Shown: positions 24,426 through 38,000 of the stretch, piece after piece
Layout: each line of letters starts with the position of its first letter
How positions within the stretch are numbered: the stretch's first letter is position 1
Source of the DNA: Lingula anatina
Lineage: Eukaryota > Animalia > Brachiopoda
NCBI GenBank assembly: GCA_051362555.1
Contig: CM120640.1
Coordinates: 45,176,788-45,240,787 of the forward strand
Direction of reading: 5' to 3'
DNA length: 64,000 nucleotides
Position numbers and translations under genes: made by a program
The notes under the pieces: model-generated
Told to the model about the DNA's origin: nothing
The model's input: the letters and a program-made list of their open reading frames with translations, nothing else
The model's database searches: none

Positions 24426-26517
24426 ATGAATTTTTCCCAAGGTGGTGCCCAATATGGCAGATATCATTATTACCAGCCACAAAAGCTTAGGTGGAGTTCA
24501 CATCTCCAGTCAAGGTAGGGGCACTAGTAAGGGTGTATTTTATAAAACATGCCCGTGGTCATGTCTTTGTTGATGGCATGGTGATTATATGCTATCATTT
24601 TTCTCATTATCTGCATTAACTTTTAAATTCAGCTGTATAACACCCATGCCACTGATGTGGAAATGCAGCAGCATTTAAAGTTCATGCACATGCATCTTTA
24701 AAGATAAACACTTTCTCCTTCTAGTAAAATTAGTTTTGCTCTTTAGTAAAATACTTTTGGTGTCATCTAGACCCTGGTGCAATTGGGCGGAATGAGTCTC
24801 TGAGACTTGCCTTTGGATTACAAGTAGTGACACAGTATCTAAGATGTGGTAATATCTTTGATATGGTATCTAAGACTTGATGAAATGTGTTAATGGAATA
24901 TAGACTTGGAAGAAAAATTTCCCGCACAGTCTGTCACGCTTTATTTTTTTTATGTTAAGTTTCAATTTACAGTTATTGATATGCGAGATTCTGTGTCATG
25001 AAAATAAATATTATGCTATGATATGTTAATTCTTATCATTTAATAACGGCACACATAAAGTGAGATACACTTCAAATATGTGGAAAAAAAGGTGAATCCA
25101 ATTTTGGGACAAACATTTACATCTATAGAAACGTAAGCCTTCAAACTTTTTTCATTATTTTTTGTGACTGTAGAAAAAAGTGCCAATGAGATTTTTTACT
25201 TCATTGAATCAAGAAGTCCTTTCATAAAACTGCCAAGTCATTGTTGCCCTCTGTCATAAATACTAATGTATGATTCAAAAGTTATGAAGAAATGTTGTTA
25301 AATTTTCCTTCTGTCAGATGGTGTTTTCATTGCTAGAAACCCCAACTGGTTGCCAAAACAGTAGGATTGTAGGAAGTAAAACACTTGACCTTTCTGTCAA
25401 TGATAAAAAGCTTACCCAATGCTTTCTAATATATGTTATGTGGACTTCAATCATTGCCGATGAAACACAAATCAGGGAATAGAAGTTAATTAAACTGGAG
25501 TGTTTTTATGACCAAATGACCAGTCAAAAGCCTCTAACCTTGTGATTGAATATGACAACAAATTCTATGTGCCTATGCATTAACCTGGTGAAAAAATAAT
25601 GTTTGTTGTGTGGTAAAGGTTTTCTGACCCCTGTCTTCTAGTGTTGGTTATCCTCTCTGTAAATGGAATGTTTGAAGGAAGGAGTCACAACACAAAACTG
25701 GACTAACCTTTTCAGTCATTGCCATTGTCAAACACACGTAGGAGCTTTTTAAGGTATATTGGTCCCCTAGCTCAGTTATGCCTCACAGCAAAATCACTAC
25801 CTGACTACAGACTAAAAGATCCCACAAATAGCATAATATCTTTATATGCAGTTGGATCAGGCTATGTAAATTTCAGGATTTGTACTCAGCATGGATGTTT
25901 GGTATGAAATGGCTTTATAATTCAACTTTTGGGTGAAAAAATCAGCCACAGGTTAGAAGAAAAACTTCCCTTGTTGATACAAAACTTCCATTTCCCTGAC
26001 CTCAGGATTCAGACGTATTCACAGGAAACAGGAAGGGTGGGAAGAAACTGAAATCGGTGAAAAAAAAATCGAGCTAGTTTTTGTTAGATTGCTGAATGAA
26101 ATGTCAAAAAAGGAGCTATCAAGTTTACAGGTACTTTAAGTTTTCCGTTCAAATATTAACCCTGTGCAGCTTTTGGAAGATTGGCAGTTCTAAACAAATA
26201 GCACAGAGGAAAAACTTCCAAGTGAAAAAAACCTTCACAAATGTTGGGGAAATCTAGTGCTAACTAATAGAGTGTTTTAACAGTTGCTTTTTGGTGTGTC
26301 ATGCGATGACTGCCCATGTGACAGTGTAGTGGCATGTTTGACAAGAAGCTGTTTTGTGTTTAAGTCTGTCAAAAGGTTATGCTTGTGAATATAAGAGGAA
26401 ATAAAAAGGGTCATAAAAAGTTGAAAGTTTTTTCTTGTTTTTTCTTGTCTGAATGTAACATAAAATACTTGTAGAAAGTGTTAAAATTTTATCTTGCAGT
26501 CTGGTATTTTAGGTGTT

Positions 26518-26563
<46 letters not shown>

Positions 26564-29500
26564 GTTTTCTAAAACTGTGCTACACATCTGTCTTGGTGCT
26601 GTTTACAAACTTTTTAAATTATTTCTCTTTATTTCCTGACATTTGCTGTGGTTGATTAAAAAAGTCTGCCATTTATCTGATAGCCCTTCTGGATAAAACA
26701 TGGAGCTTTGAAGCTTGGTTGCAATACTGTATATATAGTTTCATAGTTTTTAAAGATTTCTGGATTATGCCTAATTTCAGGATTTTCTGTGTTCATATTG
26801 ATCTTTTTTTCATATGATTCAAATGAGATGAGAAATTGCAAGTTATGTTTTCAGGATTTTCAGTTTTTACATCTTTCACCCTGGCCTTAGCTCCCAATTT
26901 TCTCTTATTTGCTGTACGTCATAGTACATAACAAATAGAAACATAGAGATAGGGGTGGGGTGGGGGGTGGGTAGGAGGATGAGTGAAAAGAGGAAGTTTT
27001 TTTGTCAGGACCATTAGTTTTCCAGAATAGCAAGTGAAAGCACCAAGTTTTGCTTGCAGGGGCAGATCCAGAAAAACTTTCTGAAAGTCTTCCAAATTAT
27101 CTTTCTTGATCTATCCCCCATTTTTGACCATCTTCTGAGATGCCTGTCAATGTAAACTTGAAAATTCTTATAGTTTTCCATAAGATCCAGAAGACAGCCG
27201 ACATCCGCCCCTGGCTTGCTAGTAATATTTCATGACTAAATGGTTGACACTGTTGAAATAATGTTGTTTCTGGAATGGGTATATTGGAATTTTGATATTT
27301 TAAGCAGATTTTTTCCATGGACAAATAGTAAATTGGTTTTATTGCAAGTTTGCAGTTGTTTTGAAGGTAGGAAATGTGTAGTTGCTATCTGAAAACTCAT
27401 CTGAAAAAATTGAATAAAGAGAAGGAATTAAGCAACTTACTAAGATAACTCATATGTAAGTTTGTTAGATCATTATCATAAAGCTTGGTACTACATTTGA
27501 TTTCTTTTTTTTTTTTAGTAATTATTTTTTGTTTTTTGATATGTTATCTCAAACATTCTAGAGACATCTGAAGCTAAAACTGTTGGCTGAAAACTAATTA
27601 TACCAGAAAGAATTTGTTTGATTGTCCTGTGACCATTAAATCTAAACAACTTTTTTCTGTTTGCCTGTTGTTAAGAAGTTTTTTTAAGAACTAAAAAGCG
27701 TAAATGTTTTCAGCAAGTATGGATTTAATTGCTTTCCTATGTTTGAATTTCTCTGAGTTTTCCTTTGTTTTTTTTTTTTTTTTCACGACAAGCGACATAC
27801 CTTGCATACAGTTGCTGTTACACATTAGATACACTGACAGTATAAATACAAGCCAGGCTGGTGCACACAAGTATTTTCCCAACACAAAATCAAATATTTC
27901 AATAGGGTGAACTGTATGGCCTTTTGTGGGTACATTGGCATCCTGCAGTTGACAATGCTAATTCCCGTGTCAGTGCCACTGTGTCCCCCCATGCTCCAGG
28001 TGGGCCTTGTCACAGGCACTAATTCACATGCCTTAGGTATGCTGTTAATCCCTTGGAGAAAAACAGGCTGTGTTGTCTTTATATTATATGGAGTGTTCTT
28101 ATTTCTGGTGTTATTATTTACCTTGTAAAGATTGATATTACAGTGATAAATTGGTCATTGTATTGGAGACAGTTTGGTGTGAGAAGCTGTGAGCTGAGCT
28201 GCATGCCACACATGATGAATCATGATTTTGGATCTAGTTTTTGGTGATATCTGTTGAAAACTGTCATGTTAATTATCTTTCTGAGATGGATGAGGAAATG
28301 AAAGCAATATCAATGTATTTAGTGTATATCTGATCATATCTGAATGAAAAATTGCTGAATATCTAATCATATCTAGATGACAAAAAAAGAAGATAGCAGA
28401 CAATTTACAATCACCTGCATTTAATAATTTTAGATAATTGAAAAGCCATCAAGATTGGTGACACTGATATCATTTTGGAAAAAAATGTCCCTAAATTAGT
28501 AATCTTTGTAGCAGAAGATTGAAAATGGCCAGAAAGCTACAAAATGAAGTGTAATAAATTTCCTTGTGTGTGTTTTCTTTTTTTTTTTTTTTTAATTTCT
28601 TTCTTTTTGCGTAAATTTACTGTTATATAATTTGCAGTACTTGGACATAGTAATGCAAATATTGTGAATGCAAAATGCTATTATCTATCAATGTTCCTTC
28701 AAGCAAAAGATATGAAGTAATGGAAATGTGTTTGTCATAATTGTCTTACATTGCATATCTTTCATGAAAGTTCTTTGGTGTGCATCTGGCAACTAATGAA
28801 GTAAGAAATGAAAGAAAAGACCCAAAGCTATATAGAAACCACTTGAGTAGTTTGAAAAAACACTCTGCTGGTTATATATTTAATAAGATTTCTTTCACAC
28901 ATCACTGGTCTGTGTAGCAGAATATTTCAAGTGGCAGACTTGTGCTTGGATGAAAGGGATTAATGAAGCATTACCTGGTCAGGTGAGGCTAATCCCCGTG
29001 TATCCTCACCTGCTTGGAAGAATTTTGACTCTCTTGGAGATTAACCGTCTTACAAATACCTGGGGCTGAGACTGGGCGTTTGATAAATAGAAAGGTATTT
29101 TGTGAAAATATAGCTGTGATGTTGTAGTATGTGAAGGTAGAAGTGGCATGAGTGTCTTTGAGTAGGTGAGTTAAATGTGGAGGAAGGGAAGGGGGGGGGG
29201 GGAGCAAGAGGTCTGCTATGCTCCTCCTCTCTGGGGGATCAGGATCCATGATCTTTATGCCATTGATGTCCTATATTGGACCTGTGTGTATAATTTGTTG
29301 AAATTAAAGTAGTTACAGGATATGTAACAAAGTACAAAGAGTTTGAAAGTGAGCCATACTATTTTTGATTTTGTTTGATGAAGATACATTATATATATTA
29401 CCCTTTTGTGTTTTGTCATTTGTAAGAGAAATTCATGTGAGAATATCCCCTTTTTTAAAGAAGCCTGGTACTCAAATTGAAAAAAAGGATAAAGTTAATA

Positions 29501-32500
29501 ATATACAGATATTATCAGATAATCTCAAGAATCAGCCTATTGTACCAAATTGGACCACAGAGATTGTTACTGTCATAAAGCTTCTTTCCATTTTAATAAT
29601 ACCCTCTTACGCCTGAGGTTGGGGGCCATTGCTATTGAATCAACCAGAAAATTGCATTCCAATATTGAAAGACAACTGACTTGAAGTAAAATTGGCCATT
29701 TAAATGCCACAGACATTGAAAGTTCCTTACATCAATCATATCCTGTGTAGTCCACAAAATATCACAATTTCATTCTCCATCCCTCATTTCTCTTCTATTA
29801 AACTGGGAACAAGCAATAATGGACGGTGCAGTGGTTTTGGACGTAAGGGTCTTGACCCTTTTGACCCATGCTATGACCCCTGAAACAAGGTGCCATTGAT
29901 AGAACAAGCAGGCCCCATCCATCTCATCTCATAGCAAACTTTTATCTCTGTCTCTCTCTCTCTATTTATATATATGACACCTGCATGTGTTATCTCTTAC
30001 ATCCACCTCTTCCAATCAGAGATACCCACCTTATTGACACAGTGGACTATTGTACAGGGCATCATTGGCTGAGAAGTGCCATTTTGCCTTGTTACCCCTC
30101 ATGTAGGATGAGCGCCTGTGTCAACTTTGTCAACGCGCTGGGCGGGATCTGAAGAGAATGTGATTTAATTTTGCTTTGGGGTTAGGATTTCATGTTGTGA
30201 CACTTGGAAGTTTACTTTCTGCTGGTTGGCCTGAATGGGTGATGACCTCTCCTTAAAGAGATGAACACCAAAGGATCAGCCCCCATTCACAACAATTGTT
30301 ATTTTTTAACCCAAGGTAGTGTGATTGAAAACAAACGGTGGCTGCAGTAATCTTGGTATCAATGACATATCAAGCATGCTAGAGTGGGCCGATTCAGCAT
30401 GTTAACCCGCTGATTGATCAGAATTGTTAGTGGGTACCGTATAGGACAATAGCAGTCCTGAGACAGCAAGCTTGGCTGATACACTGTTTGATTAGCATCC
30501 CCTACTGCATTGATTGGCTATTGATGTTGTCCCACCATTGTAACTAAATTCAATAATTTGTTTGGGATTGGGGAGTTGCAGCTCCGGCTAGTGAGGTGAT
30601 TAGTTGTGACAGAAGCAAAAGGCCAGTTGTTTGTGCGCTGGATGGTAGGTGGAGAAGTTACAGAGGAGGAAAGTCACAAAGCATTTCATGTTGTGACCCG
30701 TACTGTTGCCTATGTACATGTACAAACATTGTGTCGTTTTTTGGAATTGCAGAAAAGAAAAAAAAGTTATGCCGAGTAGATCTTGAATGCTCTTTGCAAG
30801 TGCAGGGAGCATATACACATTGCACAAACACAGGGAAATTCAGGGGAAAAAAGTTATGATTAACAGATCCTAAATGCAGAATTAAGGTGAAAATAGCCAA
30901 CTGCCGGATGCACATAGCTGTTGCATGAGGTGCACAGACTGCAGGAGTATAGCAAGGACGGCACTGGATGAGCCCAGACTATGATGAAGTTTAGGTAAGA
31001 CTACCAACTATATATAAAGTTATGTCCATGTGATTTGTTTTTTATTTAACTGGAAGCAGGGATAAGACTTAGGTTAAGATTTCATGTACAGTATCTTCCT
31101 ATGAGTCTGATGGGTGTTGTGTACTGGTGACAGGGATGAAGGTGGGAAGTTCTAAACATTGAACTGTTTGCTCTCATCACAAGTTCACATGCTTTGTCAA
31201 CTCTTTGATAAAACAGATTGAATTTGAAATTTTTGGTGTGTGGAGTAAATGGTTGACATGTGATGTAATCCCTTATTTTTGGCAGTTTTATGGTTTTCTC
31301 GAAATTTGAACTTGCTGTTAATATTGGGTCAATCCTCTCCCTTTACATAATGTTTTATCAGTGTGTTTTACACTTGTAGTGGTGATACATTTCTTGCAAT
31401 GCTATACTCATCTCTGTGTCATTCATTGTTATGTGAGTAATTATGTATCAAAATCAAATATATTAGGTTTATATTAAAAAAAGAAAGAGAAAAGAAAAAC
31501 TAATTGAATTGACTTTGATAGTAAGTCAGTTAAATATTATTATTTTCAATTATTTTAAACCATGCTTATGGTCCGACTCTTAAAAAGCAATTTGAGGAGA
31601 TTAAGTTCTGCTGTAAGTCTCATTTATGAAAAAATTATTTAAAGCAATACCCAATATTCCCAGGGTGGGTAATGCATAGCTTTTAACCCCAGTCCATGTA
31701 AATACATACTGGGGTCCATTGATTCATCCACAAAATATGCAATCAATACCAGAATAATGTTCTTGTTAATTAGATTTTGTCCATTATACAACAGTGTTTT
31801 GATGTGTTTTGTAAATTCAGGAATGTTTGTGTTTCTTTGTGTGAGGGATTGTCTTGACCATGCTAATAGAGTGTGTCCAGCTTAATTAAAGTTTTAATTG
31901 AAGTCCACCTATTGGCATTTCTTGCTGACCCTTGCTCTGTGATAGCTATGCAAGTAAGGTTCAATGGAAATCAAATATTTTGTTAATGTTTTTGCAAGAT
32001 GATAGTTTTGCTCATTTTCACATTATTTCTTAGCAATTTTCACACTATTTTAAGTCACTTTTAAATCATTTTATAATTTTGGTGCTTGTTTTCCTGGCCA
32101 AAAGAAAAGGGATATCCGCACAATGTTGCTGTCAGTTGGCCCTATGTTGCCTCATAAAAAAAGATTAAGATTTGAAAAGTTTACCTACTCTGTTGTGTAG
32201 ACATAGACTGTTTACCTTGCAAACATAGTGTTCATGCATGAGTTATTCGATACATGTATAGGCAGTGCATTCATAATACAGAGCTTATTCAAGAAAGATC
32301 CATCTTGAAGAAATTATTAGTAGAGGACTTTTTATGGAGAGTAACCTTTTTCATTTGGCAACTTGTACAAGTATGTCCTTGTCTTCAAAGAATAACCCAA
32401 AGATCTAAAAATATCTGAATTCAAGTATGGACATTCCATTATTATAAGATTAAAAAGTTTTTTGCAGGTTTCTGTGCTTTATGCTGTTTTTAATAAATAT

Positions 32501-33176
32501 TCAGTTTATTGAACAGACACAGAGTTGATCGTGGATCCGAAACATGTAGTTATTCTGTACAGTGGCAAAATCTTTTTTTTTTTTTTTTGTGGAATACCTC
32601 CACCTGTATTGTTGGACTACTCAGGACAATATAATTTTGTTTCTGGGGATCAAACATTCAAAGACCCCCAAAGCTCTTGAGATGGATCAATAAGATTCAA
32701 TAAACTCTTAGTCTACAGAGAATGTTTTCCATGTTAACTGACCACCTAAAGATATATTGTGGTTTTGTTCAAGTTTCACATTTCTCTTTTCTACCTCGAG
32801 CTATTTGAGAAAAATTTATTATGGTGAATGATGTGGGAGATTATGTGTAGGTGTGAAAATTCACTTATTATCGCTATTATAGATCCGAGAAAAGCAATTA
32901 TGTCACTAGTTGCATCATCATAATTTACTGTTTCAACTTTGAAGTTATTCACCTGTTTGGAGCTTTTGAGTCAAGGAAATATTAAGGAGATGATTAGAAA
33001 AGAGCCATTATACAAAACTTATGCCATTTATCTCATATTCAGCAAGGGATGTTTTTCTTTAAATTTAGTTGATGTAAATTGATGGTAAATCAAAGGAACA
33101 TGTTGTAAATATCCAGCATTTCATATGTATGACAATCCATGTACATATTTTAAATATATTTTATTGGCACTTTATT

Positions 33177-33260
<84 letters not shown>

Positions 33261-34971
33261 TTTATTTATTTTTTTTTTTGGGGGGGGGGGAGGGAGTTTT
33301 CCACACTTAAAATTTGTCCATAAAGGAAAATAATTTTAGATTGTATAATGTAGATGTTATTTGTGATATATAAGATCCCTATACATATAAAATGTTGTGA
33401 GTACAATAAAGTCATGATGACTGTCAAGTTTTACGCTAATCATTTGTGTTGGATCTGCATTTTTACATTCCATGTGATCATATAATGATATACTGCTATG
33501 TGTGTATGTGTATTTGTATGAATATTTCTATTTTCATTCCACAGGGTGAAATTACCCACAGAAATTGACTCTGTCCAGAAGTGGCTGTCTGAGCTAAGGT
33601 GGAACACAGAGTCCGAGTGTATGAGTGTGCTGCAGGGAAAGTCGCTGGTCACAAAACAGAGTCATGATTCCTCCACAGTCTCCAGTGCTAAATCAACCAA
33701 AGGTAAGTTTTCTAGGCCTGGAACACAAACCTCTCATGGCCAGTTAGTTCACTTCATGAGGTATTGATTACTGATTTATTGAATCACAGTTTAAGAAAAG
33801 TTTAGGTAAAGAACATAATTTGTGAAATGCAAATGTTGCAGCATGCACACGTATGCTTAAATATATTGTCAGTTTACATTATGAGTATAGGTTTTGTTGG
33901 TTTTAGTTAATGAGTGATTGTTAATCACACAGACGTGACTTGTCATCTGATTTTTAGGGGTGGGGATTGTCATATGATATCTATTAGATGTTTGACTAAT
34001 TTTAAAATAAAATTAATCCTCTCAGATACAGAGTCTCAATATACATACTAGTACAGTACATGAACTACATTGCCATTTTGCTGATAAATCACACTATTTC
34101 TTATTTGCTAGTGATAATTTTTTAGCTTTTTTTGCTTTTCTCCTTACGCCAGGAGAAAAGCTATAACAGATGGCCATTACTGAGTGCTGTAACTGTGGTT
34201 CTTTAAGCTTTAAGCTTTTTGCTGCCAGATTTGTTGGAAAATTTACCCTAAGGCCTTTTCCATAAAGCTGATTAATATTTAACAAGCTAGCCTATTTGTT
34301 CACTCAATCAAATGTATTTTTATCAGTCTATTAGTATTTCAAGAACTTATCTTATCTTGTGTGCTAATGACTGCTATTTGACAGCTGTGATAAGCTTCTG
34401 TGGGGAAATAGGAGAGGCACAAAAAGCAGCATTGTTTGAAGTCATGCTTTAATGTCTTTATGTGCAGACTTGATGTCAGTGCACCTATGGAAAGGCAAAG
34501 CCAGAAATATCAATTAAACAAATATTAGTAAGAAAGTCATAGCTTTGATGTTCCCGAATACAATAGACCGAGTATATGAAGGCTGCACTCCCTGTCCCTT
34601 GAAGACTAATATTTTTATATCTAATTCTGTGCTTTTCCATATTTTTCAGATAGGTTAGATGCAATTCGAAGCAGAGCCCATGTCATTAGTGCAGAATTTG
34701 CTAAACTTTTCAAGTAAGTTGAGTCAGAGATAGAGGTAAACAGAGGTTGCTTTCATTGATTTTCTTTCCTTCAGTGCATTGGAGCATTGAGCAGAATAGG
34801 GGTAGACTTGAATTTTTATTAAAGGAAAGAAAAATAGAAAACATCTTGTGCTGGGTTATTTCACGGGAAAATTAGATATAAATTGGGGGAAAAACTATCA
34901 TAAAAAAACTAATGTTAAGTTGTGTTGGTGTCTGTTATGTATGTCTGTTTCTGTGTGTACATATGGACATT

Positions 34972-35014
<43 letters not shown>

Positions 35015-38000
35015 ACAAGTGGTTGAGTGGATGAAAATGTCTCTGGGGTTGTTTGAACACAGGTATGACAAGAATAAAAAATGTATTGTACACATATTGT
35101 AGGAAAGAGTATAGGTTTCATTATGTGTGCATATATTTGTCTATGTGCCTTACTTTATAAGTATGCCATAGGCATGACAGGGATGGATTGAAGTCTTGTA
35201 CATGTATGTGTTTATCCCCATGTCAAGAAAGCATACAAGTGAGATCAGTCATCTACAATTTGCCTGTATTATTAAATGTCAGTTCTTTGTCTTGTACAAC
35301 ACACAGCCTTATGGCTTGGATAAGGGAAAACAATACATGCATTTAAGAAAAGTAATATTTTTTTTATCGTGGATGCATCTTCATCCAGTATTTAATAGAA
35401 TAACAAAAATAGACATACAAAATTCCACAAAGCTGCATGATTAGAGTATGTATATGCTTGTCAGTATTGGTGTGCAGGTGTGTCAAAGATATGTGAAAAG
35501 AGGATGTTGTTTTTTATATTTATATTTATATCATCACATATCTTTAACCTTTCCTTTTAGAAAAATAGAAAAGGAAAGATGGAAACACATCAAAGGTGGT
35601 GCCTGTCGTATCACCTCTCAGGTGCGCTCTCTACTCCATGACATCAACACCAGCATACAGGACATGCCGCCATATTTGTTTGAGGTGAGTAGAAAAAAAA
35701 TATTCAATACATGTGGTGATTGAGATATTAAAATTAAATTGGCGACAGGAATATATCTTGTTTTCTGGCTTTACAAACCTTTGCTTTCTCATTATCTGTA
35801 AACGATTTATTTTTACATTTACTTTATGATAAAACATAGTGTGTGTATTAATCAGTATAGTATTTTCAGAAGCTAGTCAGGGTAAGACTTAGTAATAATG
35901 CACATGACTGAATAATCCTTCTTTTACCTGCATGTCAAGAAAATACCGGCTTGTTAAAGACTCCATGAGGTAGTGACCTGTATGATTCTTTGCCTGTTAA
36001 CCAGTATTTTTTTCTGCAGGAAGAAGCTGTGATAATTGAAGAAAGTGCCAAATTAGCTCAATATATAGACAGGTAGGGTTTCTGTGTGATGTATTGTGAT
36101 ATGCACTGTAATGAAGGAAATAGTTGATTTCTCAGTCAATTCAAATTCTCTTCTGAAGTTCCAGTGTAAATGTTCTCTTCCCTTAGGAATACTATTTAAA
36201 ACCAATGAAAGAAAATTTCTGCCTGAGACATTTTATTGCTGAAGATGAAATAACAGTGCAATTCACTCATTGTTGGTTAACATCAAAGTTAGCAAAAGTT
36301 GTAATGACTTTTTGTGTTGTTTTCCAGTCTGGGTGAGATCAATGGTCACAAACCCAATACTCTTCCACTGGTCAATATGTTGACCACTATTGGTCAGTCT
36401 TTTAGTGCTGTAGTGGACATGGCCTTAGGATATTTAATTCAGGTAAATAATATATGCAGATTTCTTTTAAACTCAGAGAAATCTTTTACCTTATCAAATC
36501 TCTGCTGTTAGAAGCTTAACTAAATACATGAAATAAAGAAGTGAATAGAACATTGTGAGATATCTTATATTGATGCTTGTACATTAATGCTGGAGGTCTA
36601 TAGAAACAGATCTACTCATTTTAAAAATGAACATGAAAGCATTATATCATTTCATTTTGTTTTCATTGCTAAAATTTTTCACTATTTTAAGCCACCATTG
36701 TGATTGATACTGAAGGTAACATTTGTGATTTTCCAGCAAATGATCCAGTCAATTGAGGACGCCACCAGTCCCCATTTCATCAGTGCCTCCCTCAGTCACC
36801 TGATCAGCCTGGGTCTGGAAGGAGAACATATGTGCTTTCTAATTGCTAGGGTATGGGGCAGAGTAATATTGATAGAGGTCCTAGCATGCTAGAGATCCAA
36901 AACAAATACTATTAACCAAAGTTAACTTCTCATATACTAGAGAAAATGTATTATATATTATGCCATGTTTGATCTGAATGCCTGTTGTGAAAATATGATG
37001 TTAATTTATTGATTATTGGTCTTTAGGAGGGAGGAGTGAGAGTTTTGTTTGAAGTTTGTCGCCAGAGCAAGTTTGAATTTGCTCATTCCCAAGCTCTGAG
37101 GGCAATAGCCACGGTCTGCTGTGTGTCAGAGAGCATACTGGAACTAGAAAAGGTTGGGAAATTTATAAAAAATATATTTATGATTAAATACCTGTTATTT
37201 TAAAATTTATTGATTTGAATATGAACATTTTGGTTAGTTAAGATTTTTTCTTTTCTTTTTTTTTTTCTTGTATTTTTGTGAAAACTCAATTTCATGGAAA
37301 AGGTAGTATGGTGAAGTTTCATCAGAATGTTGATGTCAGTGTCCTGATATCTATCTATGTTCTAAGTAAATCACCATCTCCAAGAATCCATTACACAAAA
37401 TTCCTAGAACTAGATCAACTGGAAATGGCTATGGCTTCCTAGTATTGTATATTTGCCACAAATTACTTTAACATACAAAGTTTGAAAGAATAGGAAAATT
37501 ATTTTCCTAGAATTTTGTAAGTTAATCAAATCTGCTGCCTGCAATGGTGCAAACCACAAGGGATTCAGCTCAAACAGGTTCTTTCTTTTCAACTGACAGA
37601 GTTTATTTCTCTGGGATATGATGATTAATATAGAAAATAAAAAATTGAAAATAAGAAAAAATCTGCTTCATGTGAAATTTGTAATTTGTAGTAATGTTTG
37701 ACAAAAGTGTTGACTCTCCTCTCCAGGCTGCGGGTGTGGAGTGTTTGACTGACATCTTGTGTAATGAGGGGACTACAGAACACCTGAGGTCTGAGGCAGC
37801 AGGGGTGGTGGCACAGATTACATCACCTTGCCTGGATCACAACCAACACATCTCAGGGTTTATAGAAAATATGGAGGATCTCATACAAGCTCTTTTAAGT
37901 ATGTGTTAATTGAAATTATAACTTGTAACAGTACATAGCAGGTTTTTATGAAAAAAATCTATAGGAATTCGTAGGGCTCATTCCAAATGAATCTGTCTGA

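Noticed and set aside
34468-34494. Possible 27-nt symmetric micro-exon in insc (DLMSVHLWK)
   Set aside because: It needs a poor GC donor (GCAAAG), and the flanking exons already join in phase.
33125-35121. ORFs with YLFI/IY repeats that look like membrane proteins
   Set aside because: Translations of (TTTA)n and (TA)n microsatellites.
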